This document shows positions 27,895 through 37,752 of a DNA stretch of 64,000 nucleotides, one piece after another. The notes under the pieces are model-generated. The model searched no databases. It had not been told where the DNA came from and saw only the letters and a program-made list of their open reading frames with translations. The stretch is taken from positions 452 to 64,451 of the forward strand of contig JBJMGV010000115.1 of the NCBI GenBank assembly GCA_045807725.1, in the 5' to 3' direction. The position numbers and the translations under genes are program-made. Within the stretch, counting starts at the first letter, position 1. The number at the start of each line of letters is the position of its first letter. The stretch is from Blastocatellia bacterium (lineage in GTDB: Bacteria > Acidobacteriota > Blastocatellia > UBA7656).

Positions 27895-29499
27895 TCAAGC
27901 CGAGGCGCGCCCGCGCCAATCGCTGAGTATCTCGCGCGCCGCGTTGTAACCCGACGCGCCCATCACGCCGCCGCCCGGGTGCGTGCCTGAGCCGCACAGG
28001 TACAACGCCTCAACTGGCGTGCGGTACTTGGCCCAGCCGGCCAGCGGGCGCATAAAGAATAACTGGTCAACCGTCATATCGCCGTGAAAGATATTGCCGC
28101 CGGTCAGCGAATATTGCCGCTCTAGATCCATCGGCGAGACGACGTGGCGGTGAATGATGGCATCGCGGATGTTGGGCGCGTACTCAGCCAGCAGATCGAT
28201 GCAGCGGTCGGCGAATATGTCCTTCATAGAATCCCAATCGCCGTCGCGTAGCGCGTAGGGCGCGTACTGCGCGAAGATGCACATAATGTGTTTGCCCGGC
28301 GGCGCGATGGAATCGTCATAGGCGGTCGGAATGGTCAATTCAAGCAGCGGGCGCTCGGAACATCGCCCCGCCTTGGCGTCGTCCCAGGCGCGGTCTACGT
28401 ACTCCATCGACGGACAGATGTGCATCGTCGCCTTGTGCTGCGGGCCGAGCGAAGCAGTGGGGTAGGCCGTGAATTCGGGCAGCGCATCGAGCGCCAAGTT
28501 GATCTTGAACGAGCAGCCTTGCATACGAATGCTCTCGACTTCGCGGCGAAAATCACCATCGATGGCATCCGCATCAACAAGCTTCAGAAATGTCGTCTTC
28601 GGGTCGGCGTTCGAGATGACGATGCGGGCGTGAAGCTCTTCGCCGGAGTCGAAGGCAACGCCATACGCGCGACCGTTGCGAATCAGTATCTGCGAGACGG
28701 CGGCGTTCGCGCGAATGCGTGCGCCGTGCGCGCGGGCCGAGTCGGCTATGGCCTGGCTGATCGCGCCCATACCGCCGCGCGCAAATCCCCAGAGGCCGCG
28801 CACGCCGGTCGCTCCGCCCATCACGTGATGCAACATGATGTAAGCTGTGCCCGGCGTCGAAGGCCCACCATTAGTCCCGATGACGCCATCGGTCGAGAGC
28901 GTCGCTTTGAGGTGCTCGGACTCGAAGTGCTCGTCGAGATAAGCACGCACGCTCTGCGTCATAATCTTAACGAGATGCACGATGTCAGGGTCGCGGAAGC
29001 GCGCCGCTTCCAGTCCCAGGCGACCGAGCGCCAACAAGTCGCCAAGCTTCCGGCGGATGATGTTCGGAGGCGTTCGCACCAGCAACCCTTCGACCCACTC
29101 GGCCAGCCGCGCCAGTTGATGTTCGTAATCTGGATAACGTTCGGCGTCGCGGGCTGAGAACTTTGCCATCTCGCGCTGGGTCGCCGCCAGGTCTTTCCAG
29201 AAGAAGAGGTGGCGGCCATCGGGAAAGGCCGTGAAGAACGACGGGTCTTTGGCGTAGAGGTGAAAGCCGAAGCGCGGCAGTTCGAGGTCGCGGATGATCT
29301 TCGGTTGCAGCAGGCTGCACAGGTAAGAGAGCGTCGAGACCTTATAGCCGGGCCATACCTCTTCGGTGACGCACGCGCCGCCAAGGACTTCGCGGCGTTC
29401 GAGCACCGTAACGTTCAATCCGGCGCGCGCCAAATAAGCAGCGGTGACGAGGCCATTGTGACCGGCCCCGATGATGATTGCGTCAATGAGTTCTGCCAT
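27895..29499 (-). CDS. Phytoene desaturase-family FAD-dependent oxidoreductase (CrtI-like)
   Basis: MAELIDAIIIGAGHNGLVTAAYLARAG dinucleotide-binding N-terminus. About 530 aa. The 44-aa N-terminal extension in the track is unsupported. Confidence 0.75.
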   Translation of the reverse strand: MAELIDAIIIGAGHNGLVTAAYLARAGLNVTVLERREVLGGACVTEEVWPGYKVSTLSYLCSLLQPKIIRDLELPRFGFHLYAKDPSFFTAFPDGRHLFFWKDLAATQREMAKFSARDAERYPDYEHQLARLAEWVEGLLVRTPPNIIRRKLGDLLALGRLGLEAARFRDPDIVHLVKIMTQSVRAYLDEHFESEHLKATLSTDGVIGTNGGPSTPGTAYIMLHHVMGGATGVRGLWGFARGGMGAISQAIADSARAHGARIRANAAVSQILIRNGRAYGVAFDSGEELHARIVISNADPKTTFLKLVDADAIDGDFRREVESIRMQGCSFKINLALDALPEFTAYPTASLGPQHKATMHICPSMEYVDRAWDDAKAGRCSERPLLELTIPTAYDDSIAPPGKHIMCIFAQYAPYALRDGDWDSMKDIFADRCIDLLAEYAPNIRDAIIHRHVVSPMDLERQYSLTGGNIFHGDMTVDQLFFMRPLAGWAKYRTPVEALYLCGSGTHPGGGVMGASGYNAAREILSDWRGRASA

Positions 29500-29794
29500 C
29501 TTCGTCCACGATAAAGAAAGCTTTCGCGCATCAAAGCCGCTGCTCGTCTTGCGCACTGCCGGCGCGCCGCAGGAGCTTGCTGAACGCGGATAAAGAGATG
29601 CCGGCGAGTGTGAGCGCGCAAAGGAATGCAAGAATGCAGGCCAAAATGACGACGACCACTTGAATCATAACGAGCCTTTCAGGGGGTGGGTCCAAAGGGT
29701 GAGTCCACTGTAGACGATTCCGCGAGCGGATTGCAACAAGAAAGTTCTTGCGGTGTGAAGACTCTCGATTATTTCAAGCGGCGCGGCGAGCCTC

Positions 29795-31027
29795 TCATTT
29801 TTGGCGCAGGTGCGCGACGGTTTCGATGTGATAAGTTTGCGGGAAGAGATCAACGCCGGTGACGCGGTCGAGTGTGTAGCCGCCGTCAAGCAAGCGGCGC
29901 AAGTCGCGCGCCATCGTCGTCGGGTCGCACGAAACGTAAGCAATGTGCGTTGCCTGCAATCCGAGGATCGCATCGAGCGCGGCGGCGGCTCCGGCGCGCG
30001 GCGGATCGAGCAACAGCAGATCAACCGGCGTTCGTGCGTCGCTTGGTTGCGCGATGAATTCGCCGAGCCATTGCTCGACGCGGGCCTGATGGTACTTAAT
30101 ATTACCAATATCATTAGCCGCGATGTTGTGACGCGCGTAATGCGCCGCTTCGCGGTCGGATTCAATACCGATGACGCGGTTGAATCGTCGCGCGAGCGGC
30201 AAAGTGAACAGCCCAACCCCTGCGTAAAGGTCAATCGCCGTCTGCCCTGCGTAATCGTTGAGAGCTTCGGCGATCAACCTTTCGAGCAGCAAGGCGTTGC
30301 CTTGAAAGAAAGTCGTGGGGCTGAACTCGTATTGCAAGCCATTGATCGTCCGCGCAATCGGGCCAGCGGGCAGACCCTTGATCGTTGGCGCGAAGGCAAT
30401 GGCATTGTCACCAGCGGCGACTTCCACCTCTCTCATTCGTGAAAGCTCCGTCTGCGCCGCTTCACCCGATTGGCTCGCTATCTTTCCGAGGCGAGCGAAC
30501 GCGGCGTCGAGTTGCGGAACCAGCACGGGACAACTCGTCACCTCGCAAATGGCGCTTGAGGCCGCACGGTTGAAGCCGATGCGTAGCGGTTGATTGGCGG
30601 AATGCGAGCCGGCTTCCACTTTGATCTGGGCGCGGGCGCGGTAGCCGAACTCCGCCGCGTGGAGCACGGGGATTTCCGCAGGCCATTCGATCTTGCCGAT
30701 GCGCGTCAGCGCGTCGCGGATGAAGCCGGCTTTGGCTTCGAGCTGGGCCGGATAGTTCAGATGTTGAAGCTGGCAGCCGCCGCAGTTGCCGAAGTAGTCA
30801 CACACCGGCGCGCGGCGCGCGGGCGCGGCGTCGATGATGGTTTCGATGACGGCGCGGGCAAAATTCTTTTTGCGCTCAGTGATGCGAACGCGCAACCGTT
30901 CGCCCGGCGCAGCGAGTCGAACGAAGACCGTCAGGCCGCCGTGACGGGCTACCGCATCGCCGCCATAGGCCAGCCGCTCGGTCGTCACTTCAATACGGTC
31001 GCCGACTTTTATCGTTGATGTCGTCAC
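29795..31027 (-). CDS. rlmD: 23S rRNA (uracil-C5)-methyltransferase RlmD/RumA family
   Basis: TRAM domain, Fe-S Cys cluster (CDYFGNCGGCQLQH), SAM-dependent MTase core. Confidence 0.85.
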   Translation of the reverse strand: MTTSTIKVGDRIEVTTERLAYGGDAVARHGGLTVFVRLAAPGERLRVRITERKKNFARAVIETIIDAAPARRAPVCDYFGNCGGCQLQHLNYPAQLEAKAGFIRDALTRIGKIEWPAEIPVLHAAEFGYRARAQIKVEAGSHSANQPLRIGFNRAASSAICEVTSCPVLVPQLDAAFARLGKIASQSGEAAQTELSRMREVEVAAGDNAIAFAPTIKGLPAGPIARTINGLQYEFSPTTFFQGNALLLERLIAEALNDYAGQTAIDLYAGVGLFTLPLARRFNRVIGIESDREAAHYARHNIAANDIGNIKYHQARVEQWLGEFIAQPSDARTPVDLLLLDPPRAGAAAALDAILGLQATHIAYVSCDPTTMARDLRRLLDGGYTLDRVTGVDLFPQTYHIETVAHLRQK

Positions 31028-31080
31028 TTATTCACGATAACAGTCAGGCAGCCGGGAAAGGAAGGGGCTAGCCAGGGCAG

Positions 31081-31540
31081 TCCCGTAGGGACGCGATGTT
31101 TATAGAGCGTGTCTGAGAAGCCCTGAAGGGGCGGGATTCGACAGCCCAGGGCATCGCCCTGGGTGAGCGGCAGGGCAAACCGCCAAGCCCTGAAAGGGCG
31201 CACTAGGTGATCGGTTATTGCGCCCTTTCAGGGCTTGCGGAGTTGTCGCTGAGTGTACCCAGCCCGTTGGGCTGGGCTATTGAATCGCGCCCTTTCAGGG
31301 CTTCTCAGACCCGCTCAATAGTTACGCAGGCGGTTTAATCTTCAAGCTCCGTCAGGAGCGCGATGTTTATAGAAATGGCTGAAGGATGTGACGAAGCCCC
31401 GTAGGGGCGCAATGTTGACATCACGCTCCTGACGGAGCTTGAAGACTCAATCAACTGCATAACTATAAACATTGCGCTCCTAACGGAGCTTGTTTGATCT
31501 ATGGCATCGTTGACTATAAACATTGCGCTCCTAACGGAGC
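31081..31540. repeat. Mosaic array of short palindromic repeat units (REP/MITE-like), no ORF
   Basis: Unit GGAGCGC(G/A)ATGTTTATAG appears four times: twice direct at 31089-31106 and 31355-31372, twice inverted at 31463-31479 and 31513-31529. Unit AAGCCCTGAA(A/G)GGGCGC appears four times at 31113-31130, 31183-31199, 31219-31235 and 31286-31302, in alternating orientation. Unit GCTCCGTCAGGAGCG also appears four times. Two self-palindromes: cccagggcatcgccctggg and cccagcccgttgggctggg. Confidence 0.7.
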
Positions 31541-31571
31541 GACGATGAGTCGGGTTCTAGCCTCTGATCTT

Positions 31572-32360
31572 CTAGAGATAGAAAAGGCTCAAGCGCGGCA
31601 GGCCGTTGCTCTCGCGCAAACGGCGGGCGATGAAGTTTTCGAGCGTCTGTTCATAAATGGCCTTGTCCATCTTTTTGCGGTACGTCTTCAATTGCGCTTC
31701 GGCTTCTGCGCGCAGTCGCGCGATTCCTTCATCGCCGGCTTCGCGGCGCGCGCCGCCGAGCAACATGCGATCAATCGCATCAAGGTCATGTTCGATGGCC
31801 TCGGCGTTGACTGTCTGCGCGGCATCGATTTCGCCGTTGATCTCCTGCAAACGGATGCGAGCACGGTTAATCGCGCTCTCGATCTCGCCGCGCCCGCGTT
31901 CATTAGCGTTTGTTGCTGCGGCGCGCAACTCATCATCCGAGCGCGAAAGGAATTCTAACAACAAAGGCTTCGGGAATAGCTCGACCGCTGGCCGGTTGCT
32001 TGATGGAGTAGCCGCGCCTTTGCTTGCCGGTTTGCTTTCGATTGCCGGATCGCCGCCGACCTGCGCCAGTCGGTATTCGGCGAACGACGCCTCAACTTCC
32101 TGTTGGCAGTAGAAGACGGAATTGACCTTGCGATATTTGCGCGGGCGCGCGTCATAGGCATCGAAGGATTTATTGATCGCCCGCAGGACGATGTGCAGCG
32201 GGATGCCGGCGTTCTTCCAGCTTTCAATCAGCGCCCAATCGAGCGGTGATACCAGCAAGGGCTTGCCGCGACGGCGCACGAACTCTTCTTCGACTTCGGT
32301 GAAATAGTTAAAGTAGTTCAGCCGGTCAGCGCCGCTCGCTTGCTCAGGCGTGTCGTTCAC
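31572..32360 (-). CDS. Hypothetical protein (N-terminal conserved region plus coiled-coil C-terminus)
   Basis: 262 aa, no signal peptide, no family recognised by eye. Coding-like composition. Confidence 0.4.
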   Translation of the reverse strand: MNDTPEQASGADRLNYFNYFTEVEEEFVRRRGKPLLVSPLDWALIESWKNAGIPLHIVLRAINKSFDAYDARPRKYRKVNSVFYCQQEVEASFAEYRLAQVGGDPAIESKPASKGAATPSSNRPAVELFPKPLLLEFLSRSDDELRAAATNANERGRGEIESAINRARIRLQEINGEIDAAQTVNAEAIEHDLDAIDRMLLGGARREAGDEGIARLRAEAEAQLKTYRKKMDKAIYEQTLENFIARRLRESNGLPRLSLFYL

Positions 32361-32369
32361 AGTTCTTCT

Positions 32370-33617
32370 TTATGAGAGCGCCTTGATGAGCCGTTCGGCT
32401 GCCGCTTCGAGCATCGCGTCTTCGCGCGCAAAGCACCAGCGCATATAAACGTCCTGCTCAGGCTCGTCCATGAAGGCGCTGCCGGGAACGCCCGCAACAC
32501 CCGCTTTGATTAAGTAATCATTCAACTCCATTGCGTCGTTGTAGCGTTCGGGGATGCGCGCCCACGTGTAGAAGCTGGAGCGTGACGGGTAGACCTGAAA
32601 GCCTACCTGTTCGAGCGCCGCGTTCAAGGTGGCGCGCTTGCGGGCGAAGTTTTCTCTGAGGCGGTCGTAATAGCCGGCGTCTTTCACGAGCACACGCGAG
32701 AGCGCGTGTTGCAGCGGCGTCGGCGTACAAACGTAGTAGAGATTACCGAGCGGCCCTAACTTGCCGACTAGATCACTCGGCCCGTAGAGGTAGCCCAGAC
32801 GCCAGCCCGACACGGCCCAGGACTTCGAGAACGAGCTGACCGTCACCGTGCGCGCGGCGGCTTCGGGGACGGTGGCCGTCGCCACGTGGTCTGAAGGCTC
32901 AAGCGTGAAGTGTTCGTAAACTTCATCCGAAAGAATGAGCAGGTCCAACTCTTCGGCAATCTGGCCGATGGCTTTCAACTCGTCGCGTGTCATCACGCGG
33001 CCCGTCGGGTTGGCGGGCGAGCAGACGATGATGGCTCGCAAAGGGTATTCGGCCCGCCTGGCGGCGTCGCGGCAAACTCTGCGCAACTCATCAATGTCGA
33101 GGGCGAGGTTATCGCCGCGCAGCTTGAACACGTCGGCGCGCGCGCCGGCGCTCTCAACCGTGCGCTTGTGATAAGGGTAGTAGGGCTCGAAGACGAGCGC
33201 CGCGCCGCCACGCAGGAAGGTGTGGCAGAAGATGACGAGGCCGCCGGTCGCGCCGGGCGTGATCATCAATTCGAGCGGGCGCTTGTCGGGATCAACCGTG
33301 ACGCCGTTGAGCAGTCGCAGCTTTTCGCTGACGGCGCGACGCAACGTGTCAGCGCCTTCAAAGAAGCTGTAATGATTCAGCCCTTCGTGGATCACGTCTT
33401 TAGCCGCCTGTTCAAGGTCGGGGTGTAGAGCGATCTCACTCTGTCCCTGCACGAGATTGCCGCTCGGCGGCACGAGCCGCGTGATGGCGCGGATGTCCGG
33501 CTGTGGGCGCTTGGTTCGAGTCTGCAAATCGGCCTCCAATCTGCGGCGCACGGAGAGCAAACGTGCCCGTTTAAGAACGAATGATGGTAAGAGTAGCGAG
33601 CGCGCCCTGTCAAGCAA
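32370..33617 (-). CDS. Class I/II pyridoxal-phosphate-dependent aminotransferase
   Basis: SFSKSWAVSGWRLGY PLP-lysine motif. The N-terminus of the track ORF is probably over-extended. Confidence 0.75.
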   Translation of the reverse strand: MLDRARSLLLPSFVLKRARLLSVRRRLEADLQTRTKRPQPDIRAITRLVPPSGNLVQGQSEIALHPDLEQAAKDVIHEGLNHYSFFEGADTLRRAVSEKLRLLNGVTVDPDKRPLELMITPGATGGLVIFCHTFLRGGAALVFEPYYPYHKRTVESAGARADVFKLRGDNLALDIDELRRVCRDAARRAEYPLRAIIVCSPANPTGRVMTRDELKAIGQIAEELDLLILSDEVYEHFTLEPSDHVATATVPEAAARTVTVSSFSKSWAVSGWRLGYLYGPSDLVGKLGPLGNLYYVCTPTPLQHALSRVLVKDAGYYDRLRENFARKRATLNAALEQVGFQVYPSRSSFYTWARIPERYNDAMELNDYLIKAGVAGVPGSAFMDEPEQDVYMRWCFAREDAMLEAAAERLIKALS

Positions 33618-33765
33618 AGCGGTCTTGCCGCATTGCTTGCGATGACTACTTGATTCTTTGCGGGCCGAGAAGTTAATCTAAAAGAGTCTTCACGAATCTA
33701 CACTTGGTGAATGACGAACCCCAAACACAGATTGAACGCGCAGGAAAACTCGCCCCTGTGCTTGA

Positions 33766-34677
33766 TTGATTCGGCATCGATTTATGGAAAGCAAGAAATC
33801 CTCTCTCCTCTCGCGCCGGCAGGCGTTGAAATCCATCGCCGCCATCACGGCGGGAAGCCTCATCAAACCGACATCCCTTTTCGCAACGGCAAACGCCCGC
33901 AGCAAGACTCGCTTTGCGGTTATGGGTGACTTCGGCACGGGCGGCAGCGACGAGGTCGCCATCGCCCAGTGCATGGCCGAGATGCACCGCCAGTCGTCGA
34001 TTGAGTTCGTGCTTGGCGCGGGCGATAACATCTACCCGAACGGCGCGGGCCACCTGTTTGCGAAGAACTTCGAGCAGCCGTTCGCCGATCTGCTGCGCGA
34101 GCCGGTGAAGTTTTATACGGTGCTCGGCAATCACGATGTCGAGGCGGGTCGCCGCGACCAGATGCATTACTCGCTCTTTAATATGAACGGCGCGAACTAT
34201 TATTCTATCGGGCGCGGCAACGGCCTGGTCGATTTCTTCATGCTCGACTCGACCGACTTCGACAACGAGCAAACCAACTGGTTCGAGAACCAGCTCACTC
34301 AATCAAAAGCCTTGTGGAAGATCGCCGTCTTTCATCACCCGATCTACTCGTCAGGCAAAAAGCACGGCTCTGACACAAGGCTGCGCGCGCGCATCGAGCC
34401 GCTGTTGAAGAAGCACCGCGTACAGGTCGTCTTTTCTGGACACGATCACGTATATGAGCGGATGAAGCCGCAGGACGGCATACAGTATTTCGTCAGCGGC
34501 GGCGCGGGCAAAGTTCGGCGCGGCGACATTCGGCAGGACAGTGAGATCAGCGCCGCCAGCTTTGACGACGACAATCACTTTATGCTGATCGAGCTTGACG
34601 AGAAAGAGATCGCCTTCAAAGCTATTGCCAAGAGCGGCGCGGTGATCGACAGCGGCGTCATTCGGCAGCAGGAGTAG
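33766..34677 (+). CDS. Tat-secreted calcineurin-like metallophosphoesterase (purple acid phosphatase-like)
   Basis: Twin-arginine signal SRRQALKSIAAITAGSL. GDFG...GDNIY...GNHD phosphoesterase motifs. Confidence 0.75.
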   Translation: MIRHRFMESKKSSLLSRRQALKSIAAITAGSLIKPTSLFATANARSKTRFAVMGDFGTGGSDEVAIAQCMAEMHRQSSIEFVLGAGDNIYPNGAGHLFAKNFEQPFADLLREPVKFYTVLGNHDVEAGRRDQMHYSLFNMNGANYYSIGRGNGLVDFFMLDSTDFDNEQTNWFENQLTQSKALWKIAVFHHPIYSSGKKHGSDTRLRARIEPLLKKHRVQVVFSGHDHVYERMKPQDGIQYFVSGGAGKVRRGDIRQDSEISAASFDDDNHFMLIELDEKEIAFKAIAKSGAVIDSGVIRQQE

Positions 34678-34706
34678 AGCGCCGCGTTATCCGTCGAGCA
34701 ACTCGC

Positions 34707-35891
34707 TCATCCTTCATAAAGCAAATAGGGCTGGCGACGCGTGGCGAAATCAGCCAGCGCGTCCTGCCATCTCGCCTCGATGTCGCGCGCCGGTCGTCCT
34801 TCTTCAATCATCTCTCGAATGCTTGAGCCGCCGTTGATCACATCAAATGGCAGCCGGTCGTAAACGTATTCATAAGGCGGCGATGTCCATTCAAAGCGGG
34901 CGCTGTACAACTCATATATCGCTGCGATGATACTGACGCCAGTGATGACCGGCTTGAAGCGTGAGCGGTCGGTGACGTGGACTTGCAGGCCGCCGCAAAG
35001 TTCGCCCTTGAACTTGTGAAAAGTCGGCTCGAAATGCAACGGGCGCAGAACGCAGCCCGGCAGCGCATCTTGACTGAGTCGTTCAAGCAGGCGGCGCGGC
35101 TCGATGTAGGGCGCGCCGATAATCTCAAACGGCCTCGTCGTGCCGCGACCTTCTGACAGCTTCGTCCCTTCAAACATCACCATCCCTGGATAGACCGTCG
35201 CCGTATCGGGCGTCGGCATATTCGGCGAAGGCATCACCCACGGCAGGCCCGTCTCTTCAAACCACATCGCGCGCCGCCAGCCTTGCATCGTCACGACTTC
35301 AAGCTGACAACCGATACCGAACGCTTGATTGAACATCCGCGCCAGCTCGGCGACCGTCATTCCGTGACGCATCGGCAGCGGATACATTCCAACAAAAGAA
35401 GCGAATTCTGATTCGAGGAGGTTGCCTTCGACTTGCGCGCCGTTGATCGGGTTGGGCCGGTCGAGCACGATGAACCGCTTGCCGCATTCGCGCGCCGCCT
35501 GCATGGCCAGCGCCATCGTGTAGACAAACGTGTAGACGCGCGTGCCTACGTCCTGAACGTCGAAGACCAGCACGTCAACGTCGCGCAGCATCTCCGGCGT
35601 CGGCTTGCGGGTTTCGCCGTAGAGCGAGTATGCGGGCAGTCCCGTGCGCGAATCGCGGAACGATTGCCACTCGATCATATTGTCCTGCGTCTCGCCGCGT
35701 ATGCCGTGCTGCGGCCCGAATAGCGCGGCCAGTCGAATGCGCGGGTGAGCGAAGAAGAGGTCCGCCGCGTGCTCGTACCGCGAGTTGATCGAAGCCGGGT
35801 GACAGATCAGCCCGACGCGCTGGCCGTCGAGCAGATCAAGGCGCGCATCGAGCAAGGCTTCTAATCCGATTTTGACATGTTGATTTTGCAT
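34707..35891 (-). CDS. DUF1343 family protein (NamZ-like exo-beta-N-acetylmuramidase)
   Basis: [15 protein letters not shown]...GLICHPASI is the DUF1343 N-terminus. The track start at 36104 would overlap the upstream gene. The internal ATG at 35891 leaves an 8-nt gap to the O-methyltransferase stop. Confidence 0.7.
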   Translation of the reverse strand: MQNQHVKIGLEALLDARLDLLDGQRVGLICHPASINSRYEHAADLFFAHPRIRLAALFGPQHGIRGETQDNMIEWQSFRDSRTGLPAYSLYGETRKPTPEMLRDVDVLVFDVQDVGTRVYTFVYTMALAMQAARECGKRFIVLDRPNPINGAQVEGNLLESEFASFVGMYPLPMRHGMTVAELARMFNQAFGIGCQLEVVTMQGWRRAMWFEETGLPWVMPSPNMPTPDTATVYPGMVMFEGTKLSEGRGTTRPFEIIGAPYIEPRRLLERLSQDALPGCVLRPLHFEPTFHKFKGELCGGLQVHVTDRSRFKPVITGVSIIAAIYELYSARFEWTSPPYEYVYDRLPFDVINGGSSIREMIEEGRPARDIEARWQDALADFATRRQPYLLYEG

Positions 35892-35899
35892 AGAATGAT

Positions 35900-36940
35900 T
35901 TATGGCTTTCTGCCAATGATAAGAACGCTGCCCGGCGACAGCGCCGGACGCACAACGCGAACAGAGGTAAACCCGACGCCTTCGAGCCACCGCGCGTATT
36001 CGTTGCCGTGATAGCAGCGCGCCGTTGACGTGAGGCGAAAGAAGAGCGCCGCGCCGTCGCCGTGCGTCGGCTTTGCATCTTTCTCCGGCGCTTCGATCTC
36101 CCAAATAGCGACTGTGCCTTGAGGCGTCAATGATTGAAAGGCGCGGCGTAAAATTCCGACGTTCGTCTCTTCATCAAAATGGTGCAGGATGTTCGACAGC
36201 AGCGTCACGTCATTATCGTTGCCGTAATCGGCGACCAGTATGTCGCCGGCTCGGTGCTCGACAACATCATCGATCTTTTCCTGTCGGGCTAACTCGCGGG
36301 CGTGCTCGATGGCAATCGGCAGGTCGAGCACGGTCGAAGTCATTGGCGGATGCTTGCGGCAGATGGCCGCGCCGAACAGACCGTGCGAGCCGGCGATGTC
36401 GAGCAGGCGACGCGCGCCCGCTTTGACCGGCACGCGTGCGGCAACGAGAGGCGCGCTGAAGCGAGCTACTTCCATCATCGCGCGCTGGTAATTGGCCCAG
36501 GCGTCGGCGTCGGTGAGCGTCTCGTGGAAATCAATGCCGCGCCCCGTCAGCAGCAAGTCGTCGAGGTGGCCGATCATCTCCCACTGCGAGTAGTTCCACA
36601 TCAGATAGCCGAACAGTTCGTGTTCAGCGCCGGCGATCATTGTCTTGCGCGACAGCTCGCTCAGCGCAAACTGATCGCCGCGATGTTCCAGATAATCAGT
36701 GATGACCAGCACCCGCAACAACAACTCGGTGCATTCGACATCGAGGTTGCAGCGCGCAGCCACTTCATGCGCCGTGAGCGGCGCATCGCGCAATGTCTCG
36801 AAGATACGGAAGCGAACCGCCGCCATTAGCGTGCGCGCTTTCATAATGGAGAAGAGCGCGTCGAGCATCGGCACGGGCACTTTGCCCATCCATAATGCCA
36901 GTCGCTCAATTGGATTTGAGGGGATCACGCCATATTTCAT
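35900..36940 (-). CDS. Class I SAM-dependent O-methyltransferase (family 2, dimerisation domain plus MTase)
   Basis: [18 protein letters not shown]-binding motif. N-terminal winged-helix dimerisation domain. Start at internal Met MKYGVIPS. Confidence 0.7.
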   Translation of the reverse strand: MKYGVIPSNPIERLALWMGKVPVPMLDALFSIMKARTLMAAVRFRIFETLRDAPLTAHEVAARCNLDVECTELLLRVLVITDYLEHRGDQFALSELSRKTMIAGAEHELFGYLMWNYSQWEMIGHLDDLLLTGRGIDFHETLTDADAWANYQRAMMEVARFSAPLVAARVPVKAGARRLLDIAGSHGLFGAAICRKHPPMTSTVLDLPIAIEHARELARQEKIDDVVEHRAGDILVADYGNDNDVTLLSNILHHFDEETNVGILRRAFQSLTPQGTVAIWEIEAPEKDAKPTHGDGAALFFRLTSTARCYHGNEYARWLEGVGFTSVRVVRPALSPGSVLIIGRKP

Positions 36941-36986
36941 TGGAGTAAAGTAAAAGAAGGTTAATGAAGAAACAAGGCCGGGCCGA

Positions 36987-37748
36987 TTAACCGCAGAGCA
37001 CCGAGCCGCCGTTGACGTTAAGGATTTCGCCGTTGACGTGGCTGGCCAGCGTGGAAGCGAGGAAGAGCACAGGCCCGGCGATCTCTTCCGGCGTGGCGAC
37101 GCGGCCAAGCGGGTTGAGCAGTTTGATCTTGCGCCGCTCACTAGGGTCCTTGAGCGCGTCAGCCGCCATATCGGTGATCACCCAGCCCGGCGCAACACAG
37201 TTGACCGTGATGCCGCGCGGGCCTAGCTCTGCCGCGAGCGACTTCGTCATCGAAATGATCGCGCCCTTCGTCGCCGCGTAGTGTGAATAGAAGGCTTCGC
37301 CGCGCTGGCCGGCGGTCGAAGAGATTAAGATCATCGTGCCGCGCCGCTGCTCGATCATCACGCGCGACACCGTGTGACAACAGGCATAGATGGATTTCAG
37401 GTTTTGATTGATCGTCTCGTCCCACTGCGCTTCGGTCATCTGATCGATAGCCGCTTCTTTCCAGATGCCGGCGTTCGCTACCAGTATATCGAGCGAGCCG
37501 AAGCGCGCGACTGCCGCCTTGACCATCTTCTCGACTGCCGCGAGCCGCGATACGTCAGCGCGATGAACGACCGCATCCGCGCCGAGTTGTCTACAATCAG
37601 CGGCGACCGCTTCAGCCGCGTCGCGGTTGTTCTTGTAGTTGATAATCAGGCCGCGCACGCCGGCTTGCGCGAACATAACGGCTGTCGCTGCGCCGATGCC
37701 GCGCGACGCGCCTGTAATCAATGCTACTTTGCCTGAAAGATCGATCAT
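36987..37748 (-). CDS. SDR-family oxidoreductase (FabG-like)
   Basis: MIDLSGKVALITGASRGIG, catalytic YxxxK, NAG motif. Confidence 0.85.
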   Translation of the reverse strand: MIDLSGKVALITGASRGIGAATAVMFAQAGVRGLIINYKNNRDAAEAVAADCRQLGADAVVHRADVSRLAAVEKMVKAAVARFGSLDILVANAGIWKEAAIDQMTEAQWDETINQNLKSIYACCHTVSRVMIEQRRGTMILISSTAGQRGEAFYSHYAATKGAIISMTKSLAAELGPRGITVNCVAPGWVITDMAADALKDPSERRKIKLLNPLGRVATPEEIAGPVLFLASTLASHVNGEILNVNGGSVLCG

Positions 37749-37752
37749 CGAT

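Noticed and set aside
31081-31540. CRISPR array
   Set aside because: The repeats are of several different families, irregularly spaced and frequently inverted relative to each other. No cas genes are nearby.
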